The notes under the pieces are model-generated. The model did no database searches and was not told the DNA's origin. It was given only the letters and a program-made list of their open reading frames with translations. The translations under genes were made by a program, and so were the position numbers. Below are positions 63,165 to 63,858 of a stretch of 63,858 nucleotides of DNA, in pieces. The stretch lies in IMG/VR virus record IMGVR_UViG_3300045282_000203, positions 1 through 63,858 of that record. One strand, written 5' to 3'. This DNA is from a virus (taxonomy: Duplodnaviria > Caudoviricetes). Within the stretch, counting starts at the first letter, position 1, and the number at the start of each line of letters is the position of its first letter.

Positions 63165-63858
63165 TCATCTCCTCTTCGTCTTGTAGACGAGCTGGCCCTT
63201 CTTGTCGTAGTCCGTCATCGCCGCCCAGTTGAGCTTTGACACGGTGCCCTCGGTGAGCATAGGTACTTCAAACGGCACGGACTCCATAGCTATTCTTAGC
63301 ATTTCCATTGCCTCTGGTGCTTCACTCTTGGGGGCGGAGATGAGGAGCTCATCGTGAATCTGGCTGAGGATGAGCCATCTCCCTTTCTTCTTGCGACGGA
63401 TGATCTCCTTCGTGGCGTTGATGACGGCCTGCTTGGTGCAGTCGGCGGCGGAGCCCTGAACAAGAACGTTTACCATTTTGTAGTCATACGTCTGCATGCG
63501 GTTGTTGATGACCTTGGCCGGTTCGCAGTAGTATTCCCGTCCACCCCACGTGCGGAGTGGTTCGTTGTTCTTCGCTCTCTGCTTCATGTCCTCGTAGATC
63601 GCCTTGAGGCCTGGGTAGAGAGTCAGGATCGCCTTCTTCAGCTGGCTGGCCTCGTTGACGGTCATGCCGTTCTGCGCCGCGAGCTTGCCGTTCCCCATGC
63701 CATAGATGAGGCCGAGGTTCGTGTTCTTCACCGGCTTGCGCTCGTAGAACAGCCCCATCTTCTCGAGCTCCGCTCTCGCGAAGTCGTGGAAGTCGATCCA
63801 GGGCTCAGCGTTGTAGCGCTCCATCAGCAGCCCGCCGTCGAAGTGGGCAAGGATCCTC
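63165..63858 (-). CDS. polA: DNA polymerase family A, C-terminal part (motifs B and C)
   Basis: RKPVKNTNLGLIYGMG (motif B), NVLVQGSAAD, QIHDEL (motif C). Confidence 0.95.
   Translation of the reverse strand, partial: RILAHFDGGLLMERYNAEPWIDFHDFARAELEKMGLFYERKPVKNTNLGLIYGMGNGKLAAQNGMTVNEASQLKKAILTLYPGLKAIYEDMKQRAKNNEPLRTWGGREYYCEPAKVINNRMQTYDYKMVNVLVQGSAADCTKQAVINATKEIIRRKKKGRWLILSQIHDELLISAPKSEAPEAMEMLRIAMESVPFEVPMLTEGTVSKLNWAAMTDYDKKGQLVYKTKRR
63713..63858. repeat. Terminal direct repeat (circular assembly overlap), copy 2
   Basis: Matches 1-146 with one mismatch. Confidence 0.97.

Overview
This window is an apparently complete, circularly assembled, GC-rich tailed-phage genome of about 63,712 bp. 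Bases 1-146 repeat at 63713-63858 with one synonymous mismatch, and the family A DNA polymerase gene runs across that junction. The + strand (22.1-53.9 kb) encodes a contractile-tail (myovirus) morphogenesis and lysis module: terminase, portal, MuF, DUF2213-type protease, scaffold, major capsid, sheath, tube, a frameshifted chaperone, tape measure, baseplate, fibres and a GH19 endolysin. The - strand carries replication and nucleotide-metabolism genes: PolA, primase-helicase, SNF2 helicase, ligase, ThyX and nucleases. It also carries a T4-like cytosine hypermodification cluster: a dCMP-type thymidylate synthase homolog, a kinase-UDG-like fusion, an NTP pyrophosphatase, a BGT-like glycosyltransferase and a divergent C5-methyltransferase. 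The most striking unannotated signal is at 8338-8780 on the - strand. There a sigma70-like promoter precedes a ~320-nt highly base-paired non-coding RNA, followed directly by a complete type II hammerhead ribozyme that would cut the RNA from the downstream early mRNA. A second unusual system is a set of His/Ala-rich cassettes (NPEGxNQYTG and a variant) attached to the portal and prohead protease and also present as a stand-alone gene. I saw no integrase, tRNA or CRISPR array. Protein family assignments come from remembered motifs, not database searches.
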